The notes: a model not told the origin generated them from the sequence alone. 64,000 bases of DNA from an uncultured virus (IMG/VR IMGVR_UViG_3300020036_002912) (IMGVR_UViG_3300020036_002912); one strand, 5' to 3'; positions 18,581 through 27,417 are shown, counted from the first letter of the stretch. Numbers and translations: made by a program.

Positions 18581-18729
18581 GAAGTAAATTTGTTTTTGTT
18601 CGATACCTAAATTGGGCTGGGAAAGAAAAGATACAAGTAGTAGAAGCTGAAAATGAGGGGGAGGCAAGGTTATGGATGAAGACTGCTGGATTTGAGATTA
18701 AGGAAGCAAAACAAATTTATTTCTTATAA
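18520..18729 (+). CDS. Cassette-borne small protein
   Basis: N-terminus (PTLNKADVIRS) encoded by the site I arm; stop in site J. Confidence 0.7.
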   Translation: MSSNNENEPINPTLNKADVIRSKFVFVRYLNWAGKEKIQVVEAENEGEARLWMKTAGFEIKEAKQIYFL

Positions 18730-19181
18730 CGTTATCGGGCTAAACGCAGTTACTTAAACTTTTGAGCGAGGAAATTTAAAACTAAATATAATGGAAAAAG
18801 AAAAAAGACAAATGCTTTGCGAAGAATTGCGAGGCTTAAAACTAACGCCTTCATTGAGGGAAGAATTTAATAACATAGCTAAAAACCAACCTGTGTTCGC
18901 TGGAAATTTACTATCCCATCAAGGAGCAGATGACCTTTATAAATTGGGATTGGTTTTTAGATACGAAGGTGAATATGTTTTAACGGACAAAGGAACTGTG
19001 TTGAAAGATAATTTGAAAGCATCATTTGACATTATGTGTAACGGAGTTCTTTATAAACCGAAAGGATGTAAATTAGAAAAAGACTTTAAAGAACTTGGAT
19101 GTGGCAAATGCGGTAGTGGTAGTACTGAACTGTGCGATGGCAAAAAAGTTTAAGTAATTGTCGTTTTAGCCTGTGTTATAA
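18724..19181 (-). repeat. Giant attC-like site J enclosing a whole ORF
   Basis: TTATAAC-gttat-CGGGCTAAACGCAGTTACTTA ... TAAGTAATTGTCGTTTTAGCCTG-t-GTTATAA. Confidence 0.7.
18791..19153 (+). CDS. wHTH-like protein with Cys-rich C-terminus, inside site J loop
   Basis: LYKLGLVFRYEGEYVLTDKG wing pattern; CGKC. Confidence 0.6.
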   Translation: MEKEKRQMLCEELRGLKLTPSLREEFNNIAKNQPVFAGNLLSHQGADDLYKLGLVFRYEGEYVLTDKGTVLKDNLKASFDIMCNGVLYKPKGCKLEKDFKELGCGKCGSGSTELCDGKKV

Positions 19182-19262
19182 GGCGAAGCGAACCGTTGGC
19201 TTTTCGCCAATGGCTTATAACGATAGGATTGTGGAATGCTATGTGAATTACAATAAGATACA

Positions 19263-19604
19263 ATGTACAAAACAATAAAAACAGAGGGTCATCCGGCGGA
19301 TGTGTACACCTCCATAATAGCCAAGATTAAGTTTAAGCTTACGTCTGATACAGAGATAACCGTGCTACAGTCATTAGTTAAGTACAGCAGCAATATGAGT
19401 ATTACAATGACTAAGGAGGCCAATAGTCATATAGCTAATGAAACAGGAATAAGCTTGAATTTATTAAGCACCACCATGCACCGGTTAGAAAAGAAGGAAG
19501 TGATCCGGCGGACAGGCCGAACAATTATGATACATTTAGCATTCAAAGATTTAGAAACAATTAAAGGAGTAGTGTTTGTAGCTAATCCAGCGGACCCACA
19601 TTAG
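19263..19604 (+). CDS. Winged-HTH protein
   Basis: IANETGISLNLLSTTMHRLEKKEVI. Confidence 0.7.
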   Translation: MYKTIKTEGHPADVYTSIIAKIKFKLTSDTEITVLQSLVKYSSNMSITMTKEANSHIANETGISLNLLSTTMHRLEKKEVIRRTGRTIMIHLAFKDLETIKGVVFVANPADPH

Positions 19605-19905
19605 AAGGGTTAAAGGCATCTATTTCTTTATTATGTGCAGTGAAATAGCACTGAATAATAAACCCATTCTTATCATACTTTCGATACCACACATCCCAGG
19701 TAGTTTCGCCTGAATCCGGGCGGATGGAATAGAGATCCATAAAGTCTTTAATTTCGTGTTTAGCTTCATCTGCTTTACACACTTTAGCTGCATGGCAGAA
19801 CATGTCTGCCGGCACTCTAAACTCGCATTCAGGGTTAATAGAAGCGATATTGTCAATCATTCTCAGCGCGCGGTTGGCGGTGATGTTTTTAGGTAGTTGG
19901 CTCAT
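19582..19905 (-). CDS. Hypothetical protein
   Basis: 107-aa ORF; last gene of the leftward block. Confidence 0.6.
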   Translation of the reverse strand: MSQLPKNITANRALRMIDNIASINPECEFRVPADMFCHAAKVCKADEAKHEIKDFMDLYSIRPDSGETTWDVWYRKYDKNGFIIQCYFTAHNKEIDAFNPSNVGPLD

Positions 19906-19910
19906 GGCTA

Positions 19911-20402
19911 TTATTTTTTAAGTAAATAGAAATCTGTTACTTTAGGGAAGTTATTAAGCTCTTGAACTTTGATTCCCACCTCGCGGCCTACGATGTCCAT
20001 AATATCAATACTATCTCCCATATCAAATCCACAGCTATAGGCTAACCGTTGTAGCATGATATTACACACCTTTGTCTTTTCCTTGCTCAGCACCCGGCGG
20101 TTGGTTCTAGGATCTACAGCATACCACACTTTACTAAACGGGTGCATCTTAAACACTACGTTATCTGGAACTTCAATATAGTCCTGCTTAGTCATATAAC
20201 CTACAGTATTAAGCCACATAGTAACAAACCCGTCGTTGTTCTTAAACCTGATGGCAAGTTGAGGTGTTACGTCGTCCCATGGTGCCTTAATTTTCTCAGG
20301 GGCTAAAGTTTCCTGTACTGACTCAACATATACAACGTGTAAACCGGTTGGCAGTAATCCTCTTTTTTTGAGGGATAAGTCGTGTCGTTTAATGGTTATC
20401 AT
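19911..20402 (-). CDS. Possible OB-fold/SSB-like (DUF669-type) protein
   Basis: LLPTGLHVVYV...DIVGREVGIKV pattern. Confidence 0.45.
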   Translation of the reverse strand: MITIKRHDLSLKKRGLLPTGLHVVYVESVQETLAPEKIKAPWDDVTPQLAIRFKNNDGFVTMWLNTVGYMTKQDYIEVPDNVVFKMHPFSKVWYAVDPRTNRRVLSKEKTKVCNIMLQRLAYSCGFDMGDSIDIMDIVGREVGIKVQELNNFPKVTDFYLLKK

Positions 20403-20461
20403 GGCTTTTTATTTTATAATGTGAATAATTGATAAAGGTTACGAGATGCGTTATTAGTCCT

Positions 20462-20737
20462 TTATTTGATTGGTTTGTTTATGATTTTAGGGTAGTTGTA
20501 TTCTGGCCAGTTTTTAACAAGTCTTTCGTAGCTTGTTAGGCATTCTTTTAGATCTTCGTCTGTTCCTTCGTCTCCATTGCTGCCTAATTTTCGTAAATCC
20601 TCTATGGGTTGGTTTCCATCAGAATCAAGCCTAATTTCTCCGTAGTTTTCATCAGGATAGTTGTTTAAAACCACTCCGTAACAAAGATTATTTGTATCCC
20701 ATACAATTTCTCCTATTTCAAATTTTGTGTTTTCCAT
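20462..20737 (-). CDS. Hypothetical protein
   Basis: 91 aa, KFEIGEIV SH3-like start. Confidence 0.6.
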   Translation of the reverse strand: MENTKFEIGEIVWDTNNLCYGVVLNNYPDENYGEIRLDSDGNQPIEDLRKLGSNGDEGTDEDLKECLTSYERLVKNWPEYNYPKIINKPIK

Positions 20738-20749
20738 GATTTCTATGTT

Positions 20750-20941
20750 TTATAATTCGTTAAAGGTATAATTCTTTTCTGTTTGTGTTCTGTGTAATGC
20801 TTTGGCATGGTCGGCGGATGCTATTACAATTTGATTGAACAGATTAGCCCCTCCATTCATTACTATTACCTTACCTATCCTATTATTGAACCAGGATAGC
20901 AGGTGTCTAGGTTTCTTATGTGTGCTTAATACTCTAGCCAT
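20750..20941 (-). CDS. Hypothetical protein
   Basis: 63-aa ORF. Confidence 0.55.
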   Translation of the reverse strand: MARVLSTHKKPRHLLSWFNNRIGKVIVMNGGANLFNQIVIASADHAKALHRTQTEKNYTFNEL

Positions 20942-21236
20942 TGTAACCTCCTTTTTCTTTCGCGTTCATTCTATCTACGAACATTCGCGCGGCTGCAGAG
21001 CCTTTTGCGCACAGACTAGCTAACTCAACCTGTAGTTGTTCTATGTCCATGTCATAGTAGTAATTAAACACACTAAGCCAGTCATTAATCACTGCTGAAT
21101 GGGTGTCGGGGTAGTGAGCGAATAAAAAGCGCTCAGTGTTTATGCAGTCCCTAACAAGTGATAATTTGATGTTCATTTGTTCGGTTTCAATTTCTTCTAT
21201 CACTTCTCTGCGGATGTTTTCAAGTTGCTCAGTCAT
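20934..21236 (-). CDS. Hypothetical protein
   Basis: 100-aa ORF. Confidence 0.6.
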   Translation of the reverse strand: MTEQLENIRREVIEEIETEQMNIKLSLVRDCINTERFLFAHYPDTHSAVINDWLSVFNYYYDMDIEQLQVELASLCAKGSAAARMFVDRMNAKEKGGYNG

Positions 21237-21378
21237 AATTTTAAGGGTTAAAGGGTTAATATTGGTTTGGCGTTATTAGTCCGCGATTAACGGATCGGCG
21301 CAAAGGGTGGGTAAATTGGCGCTAATTCCTCGCGCATCATTAGCCTTAGTTTCATTCTTATGGTCATGGTGTTAGTGG

Positions 21379-21660
21379 TTAAATTACTGTTAAATTATAT
21401 CCTAAGCTTTCAAGTTCTTGTTTAAGATCCTTGTATTGCTCTTCTGTTGCCGGTGTGCATTCGTTAATATACTCCTCACATGCTTCTGAGTGTTGGCCTA
21501 TATGGGCGTAACATTCTGTTAACTTTGTTCGGTCCGCGCCTGTTCTTGTTTCTTCGGGGAATATTGCGAACACGTCGCCCGCGAATGTTTGTCCGTTTGG
21601 GCCTATTTCGTCCTTTTCTATTAAGAACTTAACCTTGGTTTTATGGGTGTCTTGTTTCAT
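21379..21660 (-). CDS. Conserved-looking phage hypothetical (YAHIGQHS...LKQELESLGYNL)
   Basis: Motif recognised as recurrent in phage early regions. Confidence 0.65.
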   Translation of the reverse strand: MKQDTHKTKVKFLIEKDEIGPNGQTFAGDVFAIFPEETRTGADRTKLTECYAHIGQHSEACEEYINECTPATEEQYKDLKQELESLGYNLTVI

Positions 21661-21845
21661 GGCTTATGGTTTTAAAGGTTAAAAATTATGTTTGTGGTTC
21701 GGCGGACGGTGTTAGTTCTTTGAAAACTTCCATCTGTCATAGTCATTAACTACTAATTGTATTAGATCGTCAATTGTTAAGGGTATTAGTTTCATTGGTT
21801 AGGGGCTTTAATGGTTTATATTAATAACGTTGTTTTTTAATTTGG

Positions 21846-21896
21846 TTACAGGGCTGTAATATTTTCAAAGATCCTCAAAATGTTACACAGTTGTAA
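21846..21896. promoter_or_regulatory. Paired TTACA-N4-TGTAA boxes, copy 2
   Basis: Boxes at 21846 and 21883, 37 nt apart. Confidence 0.7.
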
Positions 21897-21933
21897 GGGT
21901 TTAAATTTTGTCGGCCACACTCGGCGGACGGCG

Positions 21934-22131
21934 CTAATCCTCTTTAATCTTATGCACCTCATTATATAGTAAGTCTACATTAGCTATTAACTTATCCGTA
22001 TCTGGGCATTTAACCTCAAAGTGTAAAGCCTCACTGTCTTCGGCTCTTTGTACACCTAACGCCTCTCTAGCAGCCTCAAGGGGATTCTCCGCCTCTACCT
22101 CTATTGTCCATACTATTCTATATGTTTTCAT
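21934..22131 (-). CDS. Hypothetical protein (IEVEAENPLEA motif)
   Basis: 65-aa ORF. Confidence 0.65.
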   Translation of the reverse strand: MKTYRIVWTIEVEAENPLEAAREALGVQRAEDSEALHFEVKCPDTDKLIANVDLLYNEVHKIKED

Positions 22132-22402
22132 AACTATCTAATTTTTAACTGTTAATACTACATTTATTTACCATTTCCCCCTACTATCATAACCCCTATT
22201 AAATACACTACACAAACCACCAAAAAACAAAAATACAGGGGATTAAATGAATTATGTACCTAATATAGCAATGCAATAAGGGATAAAAGAACGTGTTAAT
22301 TGTGTGTTATTTTATACTGTTTACTCAGTGAAGTGCTAAAAAAGTGCCGTTAAATACGGGGTTTTACTCTTTTCACTCATTTAAAGCGGTGTTTAGGCGT
22401 TT

Positions 22403-22900
22403 TTAAGGTTTTAATATCTCAATTATCTTAGCTGTAATCGCGGGGATCATTACCTCGTTGATTCGCTTGTTCAAGTCTTTTAAGTCTCCGTGGTTAACTG
22501 GTGAGGTTGTAATATGGCAACCTGGTAATTCTTTATGGCAAAAAGCGGCCATATCTTTTAATAAATAGAATTGTTTAAATAGTTCGCTTAATTTCCAGCC
22601 TTCGTTCTTGTCAAATGTTGTTAACTCAAATGTTGGGCAGTCGTAAATATTGTGTATGTATTCGCTGCCATTGATCTTTCCGGTAAATGAGCTATCAATG
22701 TGGCTGTGGCTGTTAATGTCTTTAGCTTTGCTTGGGTTGTCGTTGTTGGTGTATGTTTCAACATAACCAAACCCCCAATACCACCCGCAATCAAATTTTG
22801 GGGCTTCTAACCAGTATTTAACGCCTTCTTTATCTTGGCCCAATAAATATACGTCTTTTCTAAACGCGTGGCTCTCTTGTTTTTTTAGTGTGTTTTTCAT
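22403..22900 (-). CDS. Conserved-looking phage hypothetical (FDCGWYWGFGY)
   Basis: 165-aa ORF; first gene of the leftward block. Confidence 0.7.
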   Translation of the reverse strand: MKNTLKKQESHAFRKDVYLLGQDKEGVKYWLEAPKFDCGWYWGFGYVETYTNNDNPSKAKDINSHSHIDSSFTGKINGSEYIHNIYDCPTFELTTFDKNEGWKLSELFKQFYLLKDMAAFCHKELPGCHITTSPVNHGDLKDLNKRINEVMIPAITAKIIEILKP

Positions 22901-23158
22901 GGTATTAGGTTTTAATTGGTTAATATTGCTGTACTGCTTTACTATTTATACTGTAAATGTAGTAAAAAAGTTGCAATAAATATCAAATTTAACATATATT
23001 TAATGAAATTTAGAACGATTCTAATTAAGGGGGCATATCAATAACCATGCCATAATACACTGATAATCAATATTTAGAACGATTCTAAATAAGCCCTCCG
23101 CCGGTGCCATGGCTATAAATACAGGGGTGTGCCATGGTAATACAAGGAAGACAAAACG

Positions 23159-23209
23159 TTACAGGGCTGTAATATTTTAAGGCAGGGCGAAAATGTTACA
23201 GGATTGTAA
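23159..23209. promoter_or_regulatory. Paired TTACA-N4-TGTAA boxes, copy 3
   Basis: Boxes at 23159 and 23196, 37 nt apart. Confidence 0.7.
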
Positions 23210-23337
23210 TTGAATAGTAAAGAGCAGAGGCAACCCGCGGATGGACCACACACCATGCAGAGGATCATGAACAGGGATATATAACACAATACCCAACCCG
23301 CGGACGGCCTGACCTTAATTACATTTATAATAGATAG

Positions 23338-23472
23338 AACATAAATAACAAACACAAAACCCACAACACCAAAACAAAAACCCTAACAAACAAATACAAA
23401 ACCCAAAACCACATTTTAACCACCAAAAAACCAATTCCCAAATTCCAAACCAAAAAACCACCCCACCCCCAA
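23338..23472. other. 135-nt G-free A/C tract at divergent junction
   Basis: No G on the + strand in 23338-23472. Confidence 0.85.
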
Positions 23473-23602
23473 GGCAGGCAAATCCAAAAATCGGGGGGAG
23501 GTGCACATAGTCCCCTCCAAGAAAAAATAAATAAAATTTTTTTATGTTTGATAGTTTTATCAAATAATTTATATTATCTTTGTGTAATCAATAGGAATTT
23601 AT

Positions 23603-24058
23603 ATGACAGAAGAGTGTATTATAACAGGGAACCGGTTGATAGCTGAGTTTATGGGCACGGGTATAAAAATGGGTCCTGGAGATCTGAATGGGTATAATTT
23701 CCCTGTTAGGGTTGTTTCTGGGGATTTTGATTCATTGTTTGAGTCAGATTGTGGATTTGCCCATGAGTTGTTGTATCATGAGAGTTGGGATTGGTTGATG
23801 CCTGTAGTTGAGAAGGTTTATCTTGTTAGGGGGGTTTCTATGGAATTTACTCCGGGGTCTCTTGAAATACTTTATGTTGGCAAAAAGGGATATAGGAATA
23901 GTGTTTGCGTGGCTGAGATGAAAGGGATAGAGTGTTGGTGGGCGTGTTTGGTAGACTTTATAGACTGGTATAATAAGAATGTTGTATCCGCCGATGGTGG
24001 GGAAAAAATAATAACGACTAAATACATAAATCATGACAAGAGAGGAAATATTAAGTAA
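23603..24058 (+). CDS. Phage hypothetical (NRLIAEFMG...YHESWDWLMPVVEK family)
   Basis: Motif recurrent in Bacteroidota phages; TATCTTTG promoter at ~23575. Confidence 0.75.
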   Translation: MTEECIITGNRLIAEFMGTGIKMGPGDLNGYNFPVRVVSGDFDSLFESDCGFAHELLYHESWDWLMPVVEKVYLVRGVSMEFTPGSLEILYVGKKGYRNSVCVAEMKGIECWWACLVDFIDWYNKNVVSADGGEKIITTKYINHDKRGNIK

Positions 24059-24479
24059 GCAAACAATAACTAACTTTTCAGGAGTTGAGTTTGTAAAGCC
24101 CCATAATGCGTTAATTGCCATGCAAGAATACGCTGACCAAGAAACGCAAAGGATTAAAGCCGAATTAGCGTATAAAGATAAGGAGATTGAAATAAGTCAT
24201 AATGAAAATAGAAGAATGGAACGACACTTTTTAGAAACAGTAACCGTTATAAACAGTTTAAGGGAGTTACAAACAGAAGATTTAAAACAACTCCAATCCG
24301 AACTAACCGAGCTAAAGGAAAAGCATAAATATGACGAAAACGATATGTTACAAGCCGCTAAATACGGTTATGTGTTTAGAGATACAACATCTTTTCCAGA
24401 ACATAAATTTGAGGATTCGTGCATAAACAACACTAAACAGTGGTTAATTTACTACAAAGAAACACATAAAACCAAATAA
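24033..24479 (+). CDS. Coiled-coil hypothetical (AMQEYA motif)
   Basis: 148-aa ORF. Confidence 0.65.
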   Translation: MTREEILSKQTITNFSGVEFVKPHNALIAMQEYADQETQRIKAELAYKDKEIEISHNENRRMERHFLETVTVINSLRELQTEDLKQLQSELTELKEKHKYDENDMLQAAKYGYVFRDTTSFPEHKFEDSCINNTKQWLIYYKETHKTK

Positions 24480-24480
24480 G

Positions 24481-24659
24481 ATGAAGAAAGCAGCACTATT
24501 AGCAATGGCACTAGCCACAACAATGACAAGCTGATCGCCGAAATAAACTCAGGCGGATTAAGCGATTCTGATCTGCACAAAAAGAACAAAGAATTTATGG
24601 TGCTAATGCGTTGTTACGCCAGCGCCGATATCAACAACAGATGCGTATTTATACCGTAA
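24481..24659 (+). pseudogene. Probable disrupted small lipoprotein gene
   Basis: MKKAALLAMALATTMTS-TGA where a lipobox Cys is expected, then a frameshifted continuation to TAA 24659. Confidence 0.4.
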
Positions 24660-24671
24660 AACCATAAACCA

Positions 24672-24926
24672 ATGACAAAAGAGGAAATAAAACAAGCATT
24701 CGCTATTGAATGTACCGAAACAAACAGTAAAGGCGTAATAGTCGTTAAGGGAACCCCAATGGATATTATTAATTGGATTAACGACAAGCTCGACCAAGAA
24801 ACCCAAAGGCTTAAAGCTGAATTAGAGAAAGTAAAGGCGGAGTTGGAAAAGAAAATAAACATTCCATCCGATCAATACTGTGATAATCTATTAAGGACGT
24901 ATAACGCAGATAAGTCTAACAAATAA
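24672..24926 (+). CDS. Hypothetical protein
   Basis: Shares DQETQRxKAEL with the 24033 ORF. Confidence 0.65.
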   Translation: MTKEEIKQAFAIECTETNSKGVIVVKGTPMDIINWINDKLDQETQRLKAELEKVKAELEKKINIPSDQYCDNLLRTYNADKSNK

Positions 24927-24944
24927 CCTTTTAACCAAACACAA

Positions 24945-25223
24945 ATGAGTATTTATACGGAATCAATAATGCAAAACTACATTAAAGATTTAGCTAAAAA
25001 AGAAGAAGATTTAATAATGAATTGCTTTAAAAAACAAAAACGATTTGTTAGTATAGAAGAAAGTAAGCATTTAATTGAGGTAAGAAGAATGATGAAGTTT
25101 GACGAACACGCCGGAACTGATTACGTGTTTGATGGAAAAGTAATTTTAACCATTTACCCGCCAAAATTCACCGAAGAAAATGGAAGATTTAATGCTACAA
25201 TAAATTATCAAGAATATAATTAA
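24945..25223 (+). CDS. Hypothetical protein
   Basis: 92-aa ORF. Confidence 0.6.
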   Translation: MSIYTESIMQNYIKDLAKKEEDLIMNCFKKQKRFVSIEESKHLIEVRRMMKFDEHAGTDYVFDGKVILTIYPPKFTEENGRFNATINYQEYN

Positions 25224-25500
25224 AACCAAACACAAATGAAAAAGCTACACGAACAAGTTAAGACGGCAAAATATTTAATTGCTTTAGAGAATACGGGCTT
25301 TGATTCGGTAGGTGATTATAAGAATGAATTATTTGAACAAGTATATTATAACCTTTAAATCAGACACAAATGAAAAAAGTAACAGTAAAACAAGACTACC
25401 CCTTATGGTTTGCAATGGCAATCATAACGGCAGATATAATCCTTAGGGCTGTTACGATAGGACTAGCAGCTTATTTTATTAACCAATTAATAGGGAAGTT

Positions 25501-25701
25501 ATGAAGGAATTAATCGAAGTATTTAGAATGAATGAGGTAAGCATAGGTGTTCGTTGTAAAATAATTATACAACTTGGACACGCTATAAACGCTGAATACG
25601 GAATGAACATTACAGAGCCACTTGTTTACGAACTTGTGAAGCAGTTAGACCCTGAAAACAAAGATGTTGAAACAGAACATTATAAAAAACGAATCAAATG
25701 A
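25501..25701 (+). CDS. Hypothetical protein
   Basis: 66-aa ORF. Confidence 0.55.
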   Translation: MKELIEVFRMNEVSIGVRCKIIIQLGHAINAEYGMNITEPLVYELVKQLDPENKDVETEHYKKRIK

Positions 25702-25780
25702 CCATAGCAACCATATACCTAGTAGGCTTACTTATATCTTGGATTGTATAATTAATCTAAAAACTTTATATTTGTTAAAA

Positions 25781-26140
25781 ATGAACTTTACGGAAGATAT
25801 TAATGTAATAGATAGATACGGGATCGTGGGTGTTTTCACTACGGTAATCACCATGGCCACCGCCGAACTTTATTCCAGAAATGAGAATGATCCTGAAATT
25901 ATCGGCCACCTGCAGGCGCATGACCTGGTGCCAAGAGACTTCACCGGCCAGATGTTACCATATGATGTTGTGGTGAGCATGCCTATATTCCCGTTAAAAG
26001 AGGGTGTTGGAGAGGCTATTGATGAAATGAGCCACAGAATGCGCATGAATAGACAGCGGGTTAAAACAAGCGTAGTGATCTTTAGGGATATTGATGGATA
26101 TGAAAAATACATGGAGGACGGTTACAGACATTGTGTATGA
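25781..26140 (+). CDS. Hypothetical protein
   Basis: Probable start MNFTEDI just after TATATTTG (~25767); the track's start at 25664 is likely too long. Confidence 0.55.
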   Translation: MNFTEDINVIDRYGIVGVFTTVITMATAELYSRNENDPEIIGHLQAHDLVPRDFTGQMLPYDVVVSMPIFPLKEGVGEAIDEMSHRMRMNRQRVKTSVVIFRDIDGYEKYMEDGYRHCV

Positions 26141-26382
26141 GAAAAAGGATTAAAAGAAAAAGGATCTATAAGGGAGAGCCGCGGAGTTATTCGAGCATTA
26201 TTGAAGGGATAAGTAACGAGGTAGGGGAGGAAGTGGATAGTGAGTATTTGGGGATGAGTGATAAGGAATTGGATAAATTACCGGCGGAGGATAAGGATGG
26301 TATCTGCTTTTACGAGGTAGGCGAGATATTGTTGGGTAAGGAAGCATTAATAAGGTTTGTAAAGAATAAAAGAAAGAAATAA
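26131..26382 (+). CDS. Hypothetical protein
   Basis: 83-aa ORF. Confidence 0.55.
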   Translation: MCMRKRIKRKRIYKGEPRSYSSIIEGISNEVGEEVDSEYLGMSDKELDKLPAEDKDGICFYEVGEILLGKEALIRFVKNKRKK

Positions 26383-26401
26383 TCTAAAAACAAAATAAAA
26401 C

Positions 26402-27199
26402 ATGAACATCAGGAAAATTGCAACAAAGGCTGGCGGATTCAAAGGCTTAGAGGTCCACTACATTAAGATGGACGAGAACAAAGGTAAAATAGGCGAGGTA
26501 ACAAAAACCGAATACAAGCGACCTATTCAATTGAACTTAGAGAATAAGTTCCGGGAATTAAGATATTTCTTATTGGAGATCGCGGGTGTACTGGACGGAA
26601 GCGAAGATAAGATGCAAAAGGACTATGCTATTTCGGATTGCAAAGTCACCGGTATTAAATTAGAAGCAGAATCATTTGCTCTGATCGGAGAGATCACAGT
26701 ACTCGATCACAAAAGAATGAAATTAGAAACGCCGTTGGTTAACGAAGATGACGGGTATGCTAATTTTGAAGCGGTGAGAGGTATTCTAAGTGCCATTGTT
26801 GAAGAAACAGAATTGTACATGAATGATAAGGTTGTTATTGATAATAACGAGCTTGTAGTGCGTTGGGTGCAGTCTGGACAGGACAAACACGTTAGTAATG
26901 ATGCTTATTCAGAAATGAGTGCTGAGGAGAAGAAGGCGTTCCATATTAAGGCATTAGAAGAAGTGTTTGGCGTGATGGTGTTAGATGCTGGTGATATGGA
27001 AGAAATTGACGAGAACAAGTTGCAGGCGGTTGAAGAAGAATTTATGCCTAAAGAAACTATCGAAGTTGGCTTTAAAAAAGAAGCGTCGGCGGATGCTGAG
27101 TTTACAGAGTATAAAGAGATCGAAGTAGAGAAAAACGAATTTGATCTAAGCGGAGAGGAAGTTGTTATTCCCGCACAACCAGTAAAAGCTAAGAATTAA
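26402..27199 (+). CDS. Acidic hypothetical protein
   Basis: 265-aa ORF. Confidence 0.7.
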   Translation: MNIRKIATKAGGFKGLEVHYIKMDENKGKIGEVTKTEYKRPIQLNLENKFRELRYFLLEIAGVLDGSEDKMQKDYAISDCKVTGIKLEAESFALIGEITVLDHKRMKLETPLVNEDDGYANFEAVRGILSAIVEETELYMNDKVVIDNNELVVRWVQSGQDKHVSNDAYSEMSAEEKKAFHIKALEEVFGVMVLDAGDMEEIDENKLQAVEEEFMPKETIEVGFKKEASADAEFTEYKEIEVEKNEFDLSGEEVVIPAQPVKAKN

Positions 27200-27417
27200 T
27201 GGATGCTAAATACGAAATGTGGATTTTGCCACCTAGAAAGGTGTTAAACACGAATAGTCAGCAATGGGAAGACGAATACGACAAGTTATTAATATCTGAT
27301 GAGCAATATGAATTGGTTCAGTCGGTGTTTAATGTTGAAATGGACAAAGAAATGAGTCGCATTTATGTTTGTAACGAGTTGCGTTTTAAGATTTATCCAA
27401 TATTTAATAAGCCATAA
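27199..27417 (+). CDS. Hypothetical protein
   Basis: TAATG coupling on both sides. Confidence 0.65.
   Translation: MDAKYEMWILPPRKVLNTNSQQWEDEYDKLLISDEQYELVQSVFNVEMDKEMSRIYVCNELRFKIYPIFNKP

Larger units (their letters stand above)
15615..19221 (-). mobile_element. attC-like gene cassette array 2 (sites E-K)
   Basis: Same site architecture as array 1 in mirror orientation; cassette ends match 12/14, 14/15 and 17/18. Confidence 0.8.

Noticed and set aside
1215..19221. CRISPR array or simple terminators as explanation for the repeated hairpins
   Set aside because: Arms differ in sequence, intervening segments are mostly gene-sized, there are no consistent U tails, and AAC/GTT cores with end complementarity are conserved
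23113..23563. Minus-strand ORFs 23113-23364 and 23315-23563
   Set aside because: Products are F/G/C/W/L-rich by-products of the G-free tract and regulatory repeats
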